Source: Candidatus Kuenenia stuttgartensis
Lineage (GTDB): Bacteria > Planctomycetota > Brocadiia > Brocadiales > Brocadiaceae
NCBI RefSeq assembly: GCF_900232105.1
Contig: NZ_LT934425.1
Span: forward strand, 1,800,001-1,832,000
Reading direction: 5' to 3'
Length of the DNA stretch: 32,000 nt
Shown here: positions 9,301 to 18,385 of the stretch, piece by piece
Position numbering within the stretch: position 1 is the first letter of the stretch
Layout: each line of letters opens with the position of its first letter
The notes under the pieces: model-generated
The model's input: the letters and a program-made list of their open reading frames with translations, nothing else
The model's database searches: none
What the model was told of the DNA's origin: nothing
Translations under genes and position numbers: made by a program

Positions 9301-10044
9301 AAATATGTAGTTCAATCCATTTATACAAATTTATCTGACTTATACATGGCTAAGAAAGATTGCCAAAGCGCCGTGAATACGCTTGAAAAGGGTTTGGGCC
9401 GATTGCCAAATCACCCTGAAATGTATCGTAAAAAAGCCGTTGCACACTTATCTGCCGGCGACAAAAACAAGGCCATTCAAACTTATTTCAGATATTTTGA
9501 TACATTGCCAACGAATATAAATGATTGTTACCCTCCCGACCAGGTTCACATAGGCATCACTATCATTGCGCTGACGGCGCTTTTGATAGAAGAGAATCAA
9601 CTTGATAAGGCGGAAGAATTTATCAAACAAGAGGAAGATTCTAAACGAAAGACGCCTGCGCATACGGCAAATGACCTATTGCCTCATCATGAAACATCGC
9701 TGTACATTTCACGCTCAAAAATAAACTTTGCAAGAAACAATTTCGATGATGGAATAAATGCATTAAACAATGCCCTGAAAATCCAGACGGAATTGCCGTT
9801 AATTTGGGATGAATTGGAAAAGGCGTATCTACACAAAGGCCTTCTTCAAAAGGCAAAGGAAACGGCTGAATACGCAATCAAACTTCTTCCTAAGCAAAGG
9901 ACTGGTTATTTATGGTTGGCCATTGTTTATCAATATTTAAGGGATTCCGAGAAGGCGATAAACGTGCTCAGGCAATATTTGTCCCAAAACCCGGATGATG
10001 CCTTTGTACAAGAGAGTCTCGATAGTATCGTAACTTCTCAATAA
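6382..10044 (+). CDS. Transmembrane serine/threonine protein kinase with C-terminal TPR repeats, 1220 aa
   Basis: Kinase motifs GSGGMGTVFLARQ, HVALKVI, ILHRDIKPSNILID, KLVDFGLAN, GTPNYMSPEQ. TM segment PVKTVMGFLVLCLIFACFALYHH. Many TPR-like units follow (e.g. NPLCYLGLGSLYETTGDINNAEKCYLKAQEL). Confidence 0.95.
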   Translation: MNQLDQIVQQFIDDTLQGKDPGLDDVLRKYPDIADEIKKRIENLEKINSLFASLTGEDENDRLAHQLIGQKMGDFEILELIGSGGMGTVFLARQTSLDRHVALKVISDVSGIRSKTLERFKREANLLAKISHPNIVQIYETGRHGPYFYFAMEYVNGDSLGNVLADMRSSNQNTNASALFSDYVRSKNTASVDTSQTKQGRPVIDDEYIQTISKIIIDIASALDHVHNKGILHRDIKPSNILIDTDGNAKLVDFGLANSETNQSITITGELFGTPNYMSPEQIQSPDKVDRRSDVYSLGAAYYECLTFHTPFEGASINDVLTKIISKEPTSPGKYCPKLSRDLGTILLHTLKKNPGERYDSALEFANDIRNALDFRPVIARKTPFTIRTYKTIRRNPVKTVMGFLVLCLIFACFALYHHNRKKEGEAHRIAYVNQLLDEADVLLCQAALNSLPWPLLARETLTERAIKYYDEVLQIDNKNWWALIQRGIAYLVSGENREGALKDFEDAEKINPDFRCIQLLQSGPLGSNIEIYERGISSDHLESLSSREAYILGLLICQQPDIPEREQKSLRLFEMCVEKESDFYPAMLSRIFAKNRLSGERNLDECLAVSNLRPNVALGHLLCGEILGDYLGRFEEAITEYKKAAGLQPWNPLCYLGLGSLYETTGDINNAEKCYLKAQELDMSCLSDFALAFFYRKQSSYEKSLDICNKGIAKKCNLITLDMLLDTKLLILKETGSQGQIRECLAEKEDCLKRLLLETEGNKNLSRKYHINYLKFLFNNKPMSETISFYDKALINKPAFKYCFGSVLSEYYLSIGNDAACMNLCQALYEKMLMEEFNDDYDFNDKVNIISHLIRLRLKSGDSIENVTTLCTGILDKHPHTSVLWKYYGMFHEIYSHDYEKASEAYRQALRYLRDEKDRFGITFKFACALYRAGNNVEAEKEFNALMHKLDNMKIVETGNSWRYLGRSDTADKYVVQSIYTNLSDLYMAKKDCQSAVNTLEKGLGRLPNHPEMYRKKAVAHLSAGDKNKAIQTYFRYFDTLPTNINDCYPPDQVHIGITIIALTALLIEENQLDKAEEFIKQEEDSKRKTPAHTANDLLPHHETSLYISRSKINFARNNFDDGINALNNALKIQTELPLIWDELEKAYLHKGLLQKAKETAEYAIKLLPKQRTGYLWLAIVYQYLRDSEKAINVLRQYLSQNPDDAFVQESLDSIVTSQ

Positions 10045-10567
10045 GTTGAGGGAAACAACCCCATTACCCCCTTTATTGATGGGGAATAAGGTGAAAGTTA
10101 TGTAACTATTCAGCGTAAACATTACACGACTCCCGACGGGTTCTGGTTTGCAATCGTTCGGCAGAGCTCGCGACGAAGCCTGAACCCATGAGTTTATGCG
10201 GATAATGGGGCCATGTACTACGGTAAAATTCCACTGCCCAAATCACAAAATCCCTGCTTGGAATTTGGAATTTATTTGTCATTTGTCATTTGTTCTGCTT
10301 ATAGAAGGCAGGATTGAAAGTATAAAACGTTTGGTTCAGGTTCTAATGAGTGAACCCGCGAAGACCACACTGTCCATTTGACCCATTCTGTGGAGCTTGG
10401 AAACGAGAGGAAGGTTCGGTTGATGCGTATGGGGAGAAGCTCACTTGTTTCAGCGCGAAGAACATCTTCGCTCTACATGAAAAAGTAACCGAAGGCATAA
10501 TTTAACGTACAGGAATTTCAAACCATTCTAATGGAGGCAAAACGTGTCGCCTTACCCCCCCAACCCC

Positions 10568-10986
10568 CATACGTGTTAAGTTAAGCGATTCTTTGGGGTA
10601 GCATGGACTGAAGAAACACCATGGCAGGTCGTCTCTACGTTTATCCGTACCTGCTTGTGGCCCACAATGGTATGAAACTTTTAGAGATGTGGCTGGCTAC
10701 TGTCCCCCGCTGGCGGGGGATCAAGGGGGTGGACTGGCAGAAGCATGAATTTTGGTAGGCGCATAATCTGCATATCCATAAGTATTTTTAAACCGTAGCT
10801 CACTATGCAATGATTGGTGACTCAACATCAGGTAAGAAGGTGAAAATTCGTATCCAAAATAAAGGGTATTTGAAGCGATGGAGAAGTCCCTTCCACCCCC
10901 TGCACCCCCGCCAGCGGGGGACATGGCAGATGCAACACACATAAGGATTTACCGGTGATTGTTGATTCCTTAACTTAACACGTATG
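10568..10986. repeat. About 419 bp MITE-like element with 18 bp perfect terminal inverted repeats and nested inner palindromes
   Basis: CATACGTGTTAAGTTAAG (10568-10585) versus CTTAACTTAACACGTATG (10969-10986). Inner inverted pair TGTCCCCCGCTGGCGGGGG.. (10701-10734) / ..CACCCCCGCCAGCGGGGGACA (10890-10924). Confidence 0.7.
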
Positions 10987-11006
10987 CCCCAACCCACCGG
11001 TTTGTA

Positions 11007-12575
11007 CTAACCCTTCCCAAACCACCTCTTTTTATGGGTATATGCGGTAATTTTGTTGCGGCCTTTTTTCTTTGACTCGTATAGGGCCTTGTCCGCAAAG
11101 TCAATAAAATCACCTTGTTTAAATTCATCCTTAGCAGGACTCATTGTTGCCACTCCAAAACTTGCTGTTACCTTGTATTCGTTAATATCATCAATAAAGA
11201 TATGAGAGGCAATGACCTCGCGTAATTTTTCAGTAATCTCTGCGGCATCTTCCGCTGCCGTTTCTACCAAAACAAGAATGAATTCTTCGCCGCCGTACCG
11301 GGCAATAAGATCGTAATCACGGAGGTTTTTTTTAACCAGTTTGCACAATTCTTTTAATATAAAATCGCCCGCCGGATGTCCGTAGCTATCATTAAATTTT
11401 TTAAAGTGATCAACATCAAAGAGTACCAGGCTCACAGATGTTTTCTTGCGCAGTGACCTGCGGATTTCCGTTTCAAGAAAATTTTGAAAGTACCGATGGT
11501 TGTACACATCAGTCAGTCCATCTATATTGGCAAGTTTTTCTAGCCGTTTATTTTTTTCTTCCAGGTCATTAGCCAGCTTCTGCAGTTCCATCTTGGCGGC
11601 AATGAGTTCCTTGTTCATCTGTTCGTATGACAGATTAATAAGGCTTAACGCAATGTTGGCTTCCTGCAGGATTTCCTCGACGGGTTTTGGATTCTGTATC
11701 TGGAAATCAAAAAAACTGGCAACTTCCGCTATTTCCGTATGTACCTTTCTGAGTATCCTGTTAATAACCGTATTATCGAAGCCAAGCATTTTTCCGGATT
11801 TTTCTAAAAACTGCTGATGGTAGTCCTGCGGCTTATTGGAAAACAGTATATTGGTAATCATCCCCGATAAGTAAACTACATTTGTAGCAGTTCTGAGTTT
11901 GTTATTGCCTTCTTTGTAACTTTCAGGGTTGTGATGAAATTGTATAGGGACGAGCAATTCCGCCGGGAACCCCCAATTTCGTGTGACTTCGTACCCAATA
12001 AGTGCATGGTCCGCACCGATAATTCGCCGTTCAATTTCTATGATATCTCTTTTGTCATCGGTGAGCGCTATCAGTGTTTGTTCATATTGTTGTGGAAAGG
12101 CTCGTGCAAGAATTAATCCTCCGATATCCTGCAGGAGTGCGGCAATAAATATTTCTTCAGGGTCTGTTTTATCTATTTCTGCCATAATAAGTTTTGCAGC
12201 AACTGCAGCAGAAAGTGATTTTTGCCAATGTTTTTCGTAATCAAAGACTTCATTTTTGTAATTGGTTTTGATGGTAAGAAATGAAACAGAGAGGACGAGG
12301 CTTCGTATCGCATTTTTTCCGATATTCGACACAGCCTGATGAACTGTGCTGATTTTACTAGAAAAACTGTAAAAGGAAGAATTGGCAATTTTTAATATTT
12401 TAGCCGAGATGGCGATGTCTTTCGAAATCAAATGAGCTATTTCTGCCATACTTGTTTCCGGGTTCGACGTAATCGAGATAAGTTTTGATGCAACGGTGGG
12501 CAACGTAGGTAAAGAGGGTGAATCGAGCACAGTTTTCAAAACTTCTCTATTTGCCATTGAGGAATCCTTTTTCAA
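11007..12575 (-). CDS. HDOD-domain diguanylate cyclase (HDOD + GGDEF)
   Basis: HDOD-like LPTLPTVASKLISITSNPETSMAEIAHLISKDIAISAKILKIANSSFY...AVSNIGKNAIRSLVLS. GGDEF domain VLFDVDHFKKFNDSYGHPAGDFILKE...IARYGGEEFILVL. The start may be the internal MANREVLKT. Confidence 0.93.
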   Translation of the reverse strand: MKKDSSMANREVLKTVLDSPSLPTLPTVASKLISITSNPETSMAEIAHLISKDIAISAKILKIANSSFYSFSSKISTVHQAVSNIGKNAIRSLVLSVSFLTIKTNYKNEVFDYEKHWQKSLSAAVAAKLIMAEIDKTDPEEIFIAALLQDIGGLILARAFPQQYEQTLIALTDDKRDIIEIERRIIGADHALIGYEVTRNWGFPAELLVPIQFHHNPESYKEGNNKLRTATNVVYLSGMITNILFSNKPQDYHQQFLEKSGKMLGFDNTVINRILRKVHTEIAEVASFFDFQIQNPKPVEEILQEANIALSLINLSYEQMNKELIAAKMELQKLANDLEEKNKRLEKLANIDGLTDVYNHRYFQNFLETEIRRSLRKKTSVSLVLFDVDHFKKFNDSYGHPAGDFILKELCKLVKKNLRDYDLIARYGGEEFILVLVETAAEDAAEITEKLREVIASHIFIDDINEYKVTASFGVATMSPAKDEFKQGDFIDFADKALYESKKKGRNKITAYTHKKRWFGKG

Positions 12576-12841
12576 AAAGGGCCGTTTAAAAATGCCTATT
12601 CTTTTGAGGCATATTATACAGGAGAGGATACAAAAAATCTATAGCGCAGCCTTTGAGTGCAACAAAATTCGAAATTCGAATGACAAAAAATCAACGTGTT
12701 ATGCTAAATATTGTTGACATTCATTTTGTAATAAATAGTATTAAACGTGTGGGAAAATATTGTGTGACCTGTATGCGTTCTTACAAATGAATAGTACTTT
12801 TTAAAACCGCTTTCGCATTACAATTTAAATAAGGAGGACAT

Positions 12842-13894
12842 ATGAAAATTGTTAAATTTGCCGTAATGGGTTATCTGTTGTCTTTTGTAGTTATCAGCGC
12901 CGCAATACTGCCATTTGCTTCTGCCGGTGGGTTGATTGATATGGCTTTTGGAAGAGATATAAAATCAGACCGATCAAAAGAACCTATCAAGCCTATTCCA
13001 ATTAATTTTGACAACAACAGGGCAAAGACTGATTTGGGGAAAAGATTATTTTTTGAACCTCGATTGTCCAAATCCGGATGGATTACCTGCAATTCCTGCC
13101 ACAACCTTTCAACCGGCGGAGCGGATAACCTCCCAACTTCTATCGGACACAAATGGATGTCGGGATCCATAAACTCACCGACTGTACTGAACTCAAAATT
13201 TAATCTGGCGCAATTCTGGGACGGGCGTGCCAGGGATTTGAAGGAACAGGCAAAGGGTCCCATAGCAAATCCTATGGAAATGGCTTCCAGTCACGACCTT
13301 GCGGTAGAGGTACTGCAATCAATACCGGAATACGTGAAGTGGTTTAAAGAGGTTTACGGTGAGGAGGGCATTACCATTGATACTGTTGCAGACGCCATCG
13401 CTGCATTTGAAGAAACGTTAACCACTCCCAATGCAAGGTTTGATTTGTGGTTAAGGGGGTATGACAGGATTTCCAAAACAGAGGAAGAAGGGTATGCCCT
13501 CTTTAAGGAAAAAGGTTGTATCGTTTGTCATAACGGAGTTGGTGTTGGCGGCGGTTCCTTTCAAAAGTTTGGTATCGCAAAGCCCTATGAAAAAGACACC
13601 GGGACGCTTGGACGGTATAATGTAACAAAGGCAGTTGAAGATAAATACGTATTCAAGGTTCCACTGCTAAGAAACATTGAACTCACTGCCCCCTATTTCC
13701 ACGATGCCAGCACATGGAGACTGGCAGAAGCGGTACAGGTAATGGCAGCATATCAGCTTGGAATAAAACTTACCGAGGATGAGACAAACAAGATTGTCGC
13801 ATTTCTAAAAACCCTGACCGGAGACCGGCCTGAAATTATTTATCCCGTTTTGCCGCCTTCGAATGTGAACACCCCGCAGCCAAACCGGAATTAA
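12842..13894 (+). CDS. Di-haem cytochrome-c peroxidase (CCP/MauG family)
   Basis: Signal peptide. LGKRLFFEPRLSKSGWITCNSCHNLSTGG and KGCIVCHNGVGVGG haem-binding motifs. KVPLLRNIELTAPYFHDAST. Confidence 0.93.
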   Translation: MKIVKFAVMGYLLSFVVISAAILPFASAGGLIDMAFGRDIKSDRSKEPIKPIPINFDNNRAKTDLGKRLFFEPRLSKSGWITCNSCHNLSTGGADNLPTSIGHKWMSGSINSPTVLNSKFNLAQFWDGRARDLKEQAKGPIANPMEMASSHDLAVEVLQSIPEYVKWFKEVYGEEGITIDTVADAIAAFEETLTTPNARFDLWLRGYDRISKTEEEGYALFKEKGCIVCHNGVGVGGGSFQKFGIAKPYEKDTGTLGRYNVTKAVEDKYVFKVPLLRNIELTAPYFHDASTWRLAEAVQVMAAYQLGIKLTEDETNKIVAFLKTLTGDRPEIIYPVLPPSNVNTPQPNRN

Positions 13895-14010
13895 TTTTCT
13901 GCGTTGGTTGTCACGGAGGTTTTCCTTTATTATACGGGGGCGCTGTTTTCTTCGTGGAGAAAAGGTTTTTTTTGATATGAAATTATTTTGCCCTGCAATA
14001 TGCGGTCATT

Positions 14011-14778
14011 TTATATTTCAAACCTGTCAAAATCTTCTGCAATAACTATCTCTCCATCATAAATAATTTTGAGTTCGGCAAGCAGGTTTGCGTTATTTTT
14101 TATAGCTTCACTGCAAACGGGGTAGAAATGTGTGAGTATCAGCTTTTTGCATTGCGCTTTTTGTGCGATTTGAGCGCACAGATGGGGAGTAAGATGCCCT
14201 TCAGTTTTTTTATCATCGGGAAAAGAGCATTCGAGAACGAACAGATCGGTATTTTTTGCCAGAAGAATTATGCCTTCACAGTAATCAGTATCTCCGGAAT
14301 AAGCAATTGTCCTGCCCGCAGAAGATTCTATCCTGTAACCGATGCTTTGTGATGAATGCCGCACGGGTTCTGCAGTAATTTTCCATCCGTCATAAGTGAG
14401 TACGCCCCTCTCTATTTCTTCCAGATGGAGGTCAAATGTCTTTGGAGTAATCGTGTTGCCATAAACAGAAACTAATCCCTGATGGAACTTGTGCAAACCA
14501 CAGGGGCCTGTAATGTAAAGAGGTTTTGTCCTCACAGGAGAATCATATTTCATGGCGAAAAGGAAGGAGACGAGATCCAGGGAGTGGTCGGGATGGAAGT
14601 GCGAATAGTAGATATAATCAACATCCGCATACGTAACGCCGGCAAGAAGCAACTGGCGTAATGAACCTGGGCCTGTGTCAAATACAAGGTGTTTGTCTTT
14701 TACTTTTATCAAAGTACACGGATATGCCCTTGTTTTTGAAGGTGCTCCTGTGCCAGAGCCGATGATGGTCAATTCCAT
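14011..14778 (-). CDS. MBL-fold metallo-hydrolase, RNase Z-like
   Basis: MELTIIGSGTGAPSKTRAYPCTLIKV...LVFDTGPGSLRQLLLAGVTYADVDYIYYSHFHPDHSLDL (HxHxDH); AYSGDTDYCEG; LILTHFYP. Confidence 0.9.
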   Translation of the reverse strand: MELTIIGSGTGAPSKTRAYPCTLIKVKDKHLVFDTGPGSLRQLLLAGVTYADVDYIYYSHFHPDHSLDLVSFLFAMKYDSPVRTKPLYITGPCGLHKFHQGLVSVYGNTITPKTFDLHLEEIERGVLTYDGWKITAEPVRHSSQSIGYRIESSAGRTIAYSGDTDYCEGIILLAKNTDLFVLECSFPDDKKTEGHLTPHLCAQIAQKAQCKKLILTHFYPVCSEAIKNNANLLAELKIIYDGEIVIAEDFDRFEI

Positions 14779-14944
14779 TTTTAAAAATTATCGCTGTACA
14801 TCAACCAAAAAGAATTTAACCACTAATAAAAACTTACCTCGAAAGTCGGCAATCGGCAAATTGCAGATTGCCGACTGTTTTCCACTTTTAAATCTATGCC
14901 CCCAGTCCCTTTCTGGATGGGATTTCCGGGTGGGTGTACTATTG

Positions 14945-16873
14945 CTATATCTTTAACCCTATTTCAACCCCCTCAGCAATTGCCTCAAGGGCTGTTCTGC
15001 CTTCTTTTGCATCGCCAATGGTATATACTTCAGGAACGAAGGATTGAAGCATTGGTTCAAGCTCCGTGTTGTGCTGATGCAGTGTGGGAATGACTATCGT
15101 GTCAAACCCCTCAATCTTTTCGTCAGGCTGCCTCCTGCGGCTTATGACAATGTAATCGCTCCCTATTTCAGTCACTTTCGCATTTACAATAAGCGTGGCC
15201 CTTTGTTTTCTCAGGCGTTCGCATACATGAAACCTGGGGTGTGCAACCAGTCCAAGCCCCAGAACACGCCTCATTTCAATAACGGAAACCTTCTTTCCCC
15301 GCGAAGAAAGAAAGTCAGCTAATTCGCATCCTTCTGCGGCGCCACCGATAATTGCTACGTTATTGCCAATAGTGTCCGGAGAGGAAAACGCCTGCTTGAC
15401 GGTTAATGCGCCGTTTTCCTGCATACCATTTATTTCGACAGGAACGTCTTTGGCTCCCATCGCAAGGACTACTACGTCAGCCGCAAATTGTTTAATGTTA
15501 TCCTCGTTTGCTTCTTTGTTTAGCGCTACCGGGATATTATTCTTTTCTACTTGTTTTGTTATATACCGGAGATACTTCTTTACAGGTTCCTTTTTCGGAG
15601 GCATGGAAGCATAGCGCAAATTACCTCCGAGTTCGCCGCTTTTTTCCCACAACGAGACGTCGTGCCCTCTGCCCGCCAGTGTTATGGCCGCAGACATACC
15701 CGCAGGGCCTCCACCGACAATCAACACCTTTTTTGGTTTTGTGGTTTGTTGCAAATGAAAGCGTTCGTCTTTTCCAATATAGGGGTTTACCGTACAAATG
15801 AGTTTTTTATCCGAGATGCTTTCGATACATCTGTTGCAGCTTAAGCACACCTGTATATCATCAAGATTTCCTTCTTTTACCTTATTCGGCCAACAGGGGT
15901 CGGCAATAAGCGAACGTCCCAGAACAATAAGATCTGCCTTGTTTTCTTTCAGCACTTCTTCCGCCATTGCGGGATCCTGAATCCTTCCCACGGACAACAC
16001 AGGCATGTTTACAATTGCCTTAATCCCTTCCGCGAGGTGAATGAAACATCCTTCCTCCAGATAATAGCAGGGTATGTTAAAAAAGGCCGATGCATAATTA
16101 CACGCTGATACATGAATGGCGCTAGCCCCCGCCCTTTCCAGTATCTTTGCAATTTCTTTGCTCTCTTCCAGCTTCAGTCCTGTTTCGGTATACTCATCCG
16201 CGCTGATCCGGCAAATAACAGGGTAATCCGCCGGAACCTTTTTTCTTATCTCTTCAACAATTTCTCTCCCGAACCGTGCCCTTCGCGAGGTGTCGCCTCC
16301 ATAATCGTCCGTTCGTGTATTGGACTCAGCCGAGAAAAACTGATTCACAAGATACCCGTGCGCCATGTGAATTTCTACGCCGTCAAACCCGGCTTTTAAC
16401 GCCCGTTCCGCACCGCAGGCAAAGGCATTGATAATCGCTTTAATCTCGTCGATGGTCAATTCCTTCGGCATTTCCTTTGTTAAAGGACTGGGTATAGCCG
16501 AAGGGGCAACTGTTCCCGTTCCGGTAAAATACGGAAGTGCTTCTCTGCCCGCATGGCTTAACTGAAGTACGATCTTCCCTTCTACCGCATGAACGGCATC
16601 AACAAGGTTTTTTAATTCAGGAATGAACGTATCATTGTAAATGCACATCATGCCGTCATTGACCCTGCCTGCAGGGTCAACAGCAGTGTTTTCCACCGTA
16701 ATATATCCTGCGCCGCCAAGGGCGCGTTCTCTGTAATAATTGATGAGTTCTTTAGTGACAAAACCTTCCGCATTGCAGAGATGCGTCTCCATAGGAGACA
16801 TCACAATACGATTCCTGATATTCAGGGAACCAATGCGAAAGTGGCTGAAAAGATTGGGAAATGCTGTCATTTG
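14945..16873 (-). CDS. NADH:flavin oxidoreductase, Old Yellow Enzyme / 2,4-dienoyl-CoA reductase-like, with FAD/NAD(P) domains
   Basis: FPNLFSHFRIGSLNIRNRIVMSPMETHL; Fe-S motif CLSCNRCIESISDKKLICTVNPYIGKD; Rossmann VLIVGGGPAGMSAAITLAGRGHDVSLWEK. ORF track runs to 16924. I prefer the internal MTAFPNLF start, position estimated. Confidence 0.9.
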   Translation of the reverse strand, partial: QMTAFPNLFSHFRIGSLNIRNRIVMSPMETHLCNAEGFVTKELINYYRERALGGAGYITVENTAVDPAGRVNDGMMCIYNDTFIPELKNLVDAVHAVEGKIVLQLSHAGREALPYFTGTGTVAPSAIPSPLTKEMPKELTIDEIKAIINAFACGAERALKAGFDGVEIHMAHGYLVNQFFSAESNTRTDDYGGDTSRRARFGREIVEEIRKKVPADYPVICRISADEYTETGLKLEESKEIAKILERAGASAIHVSACNYASAFFNIPCYYLEEGCFIHLAEGIKAIVNMPVLSVGRIQDPAMAEEVLKENKADLIVLGRSLIADPCWPNKVKEGNLDDIQVCLSCNRCIESISDKKLICTVNPYIGKDERFHLQQTTKPKKVLIVGGGPAGMSAAITLAGRGHDVSLWEKSGELGGNLRYASMPPKKEPVKKYLRYITKQVEKNNIPVALNKEANEDNIKQFAADVVVLAMGAKDVPVEINGMQENGALTVKQAFSSPDTIGNNVAIIGGAAEGCELADFLSSRGKKVSVIEMRRVLGLGLVAHPRFHVCERLRKQRATLIVNAKVTEIGSDYIVISRRRQPDEKIEGFDTIVIPTLHQHNTELEPMLQSFVPEVYTIGDAKEGRTALEAIAEGVEIGLKI

Positions 16874-16919
16874 TAATACGGTCTCCAAAAATAGGTGAGA
16901 GAAAAACTGTGATATACGT

Positions 16920-17000
16920 GCCAATAGTCAGTCGGCAATCGGCAGCCGGCAAATTTCAGATTTAATATTGCAGACTGTGGATTGCCAACTGACTATTGGC
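16920..17000. repeat. 21 bp imperfect inverted repeat between two minus-strand genes
   Basis: GCCAATAGTCAGTCGGCAATC (16920-16940) and GATTGCCAACTGACTATTGGC (16980-17000); one mismatch. Confidence 0.75.
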
Positions 17001-17009
17001 TTCAGAAAC

Positions 17010-18131
17010 TCAAACCCCCTGCAATACTGCATCCCGGGATTTTCCTGTCACGGGATTGTAGAGGGTGTCCCTTTCAACAGGTTCACGCCCAGCCTCCCTG
17101 ATCAATCGAATAATTTCAGTTACGGAAAGTGCTTCAGGAGTATTAGCTCCCGCGGCATGGGTAATCTTTTCCTCCTGCACGGTGCCGTCAATATCGTCCA
17201 CCCCGAAACTGAGGGAAATCTGGGAAAGTTTGATGCCCAGCATGATCCAGAACGCCTTGAGGTGGTCAAAATTGTCAAGCATCAGACGGCTGATGGCAAT
17301 TACCTTTAGATCAAGCATAGCAGTCGTGTTTGCATAAAAAGACAATTCAGTGTTTTTGGGGTGGAATGCAAGCGGAATAAAAGACATAAACCCGCCTGTT
17401 TCATCCTGCAATTCCCTAAGTTTTATGAGATGATTGATTCTGTCTTCCGGTGTTTCCACATGGCCATACAGCATAGTGGCATTGCTTCTGAGGCCTAGAT
17501 TGTGGGCTTCTCTCATTACCTGAAGCCATCTTTCCCCGCTGATCTTTTCCGGACAGAGTTTTTCCCGAACATGCGGAGAGAACACCTCTGCGCCTCCGCC
17601 GGGAAGAGAACCCAGCCCAGCCTCTTTCAGTTTTTTCAGGGTATCCGTTACGGAAAGCCCTGCTATTTGTGACAGGTGTTCAATCTCTACGGCAGTAAAT
17701 GCCTGTATGTGAATATCAGGATGTTTTTCGTGAATTGCATTCAGCATTTCGACATAAAAATCAAAGGGAAGTTCAGGGTGTAAACCGCCCACGATGTGGA
17801 ATTCCGTTGCTCCCTCCAGCGAAGCAGCAGCGGCCTTGTCCATGATTTCCAGCATGTCCATGGCATATCCGTTGGGGTCTTCCTGTTTTTTGCTAAACGC
17901 ACAAAACTTGCACTGGTTCTTGCAAATGTTGGAATAATTGATATGGCGGTTAATGATATAGTATGCCGTGTTGCCGTTCTTCCACTCCCGGATGCTGTTG
18001 GCAACAAGACCTATATGAAGGAGATCATTCGATTTGAAAAGCCGCACGCCGTCTTCAAATCCTAAACGTTTCTGCTGTTCCGCCTTTTGAAGAATGTCAT
18101 AAATAGAAGATTGTTTTAAAAGCCGTTCCAT
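17010..18131 (-). CDS. mqnE: Aminofutalosine synthase (radical SAM), futalosine menaquinone pathway
   Basis: NRHINYSNICKNQCKFCAFSKKQ (CxxxCxxC). EFHIVGGLHPELPFDFYVEMLNAIHEKHPDIHIQAFTAVEI; GLGSLPGGGAEVFSPHVREKLCPEKISGERWLQVM; GFMSFIPLAFHPKNTEL. Confidence 0.93.
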   Translation of the reverse strand: MERLLKQSSIYDILQKAEQQKRLGFEDGVRLFKSNDLLHIGLVANSIREWKNGNTAYYIINRHINYSNICKNQCKFCAFSKKQEDPNGYAMDMLEIMDKAAAASLEGATEFHIVGGLHPELPFDFYVEMLNAIHEKHPDIHIQAFTAVEIEHLSQIAGLSVTDTLKKLKEAGLGSLPGGGAEVFSPHVREKLCPEKISGERWLQVMREAHNLGLRSNATMLYGHVETPEDRINHLIKLRELQDETGGFMSFIPLAFHPKNTELSFYANTTAMLDLKVIAISRLMLDNFDHLKAFWIMLGIKLSQISLSFGVDDIDGTVQEEKITHAAGANTPEALSVTEIIRLIREAGREPVERDTLYNPVTGKSRDAVLQGV

Positions 18132-18385
18132 TATTGAAAAAATATCAGAAATGTACTTTTAAATCAAGGACTATAGTATTGCTCTGCAAAAACCTCTTTT
18201 TTTGTAAGTTTTTGTAGATTGAAGATTGTTACCTGAATCTTGTGCCAAACAGACCGCTTCCGTTTGATTGCCAATTCCAAGTCGTTTTATGCGTACATAC
18301 CCGTTTTTTTTCTCAAAAACAGTAACAGGTAGCGGCAAGGTGTGTCTTGCCGCTACCTGGAAACGTACTGGCGCTGGAAACTACA

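Noticed and set aside
10081-10560. Possible tRNA or ncRNA gene after the kinase
   Set aside because: I could not build a cloverleaf or recognise any conserved RNA. Only dispersed repeat words are visible.
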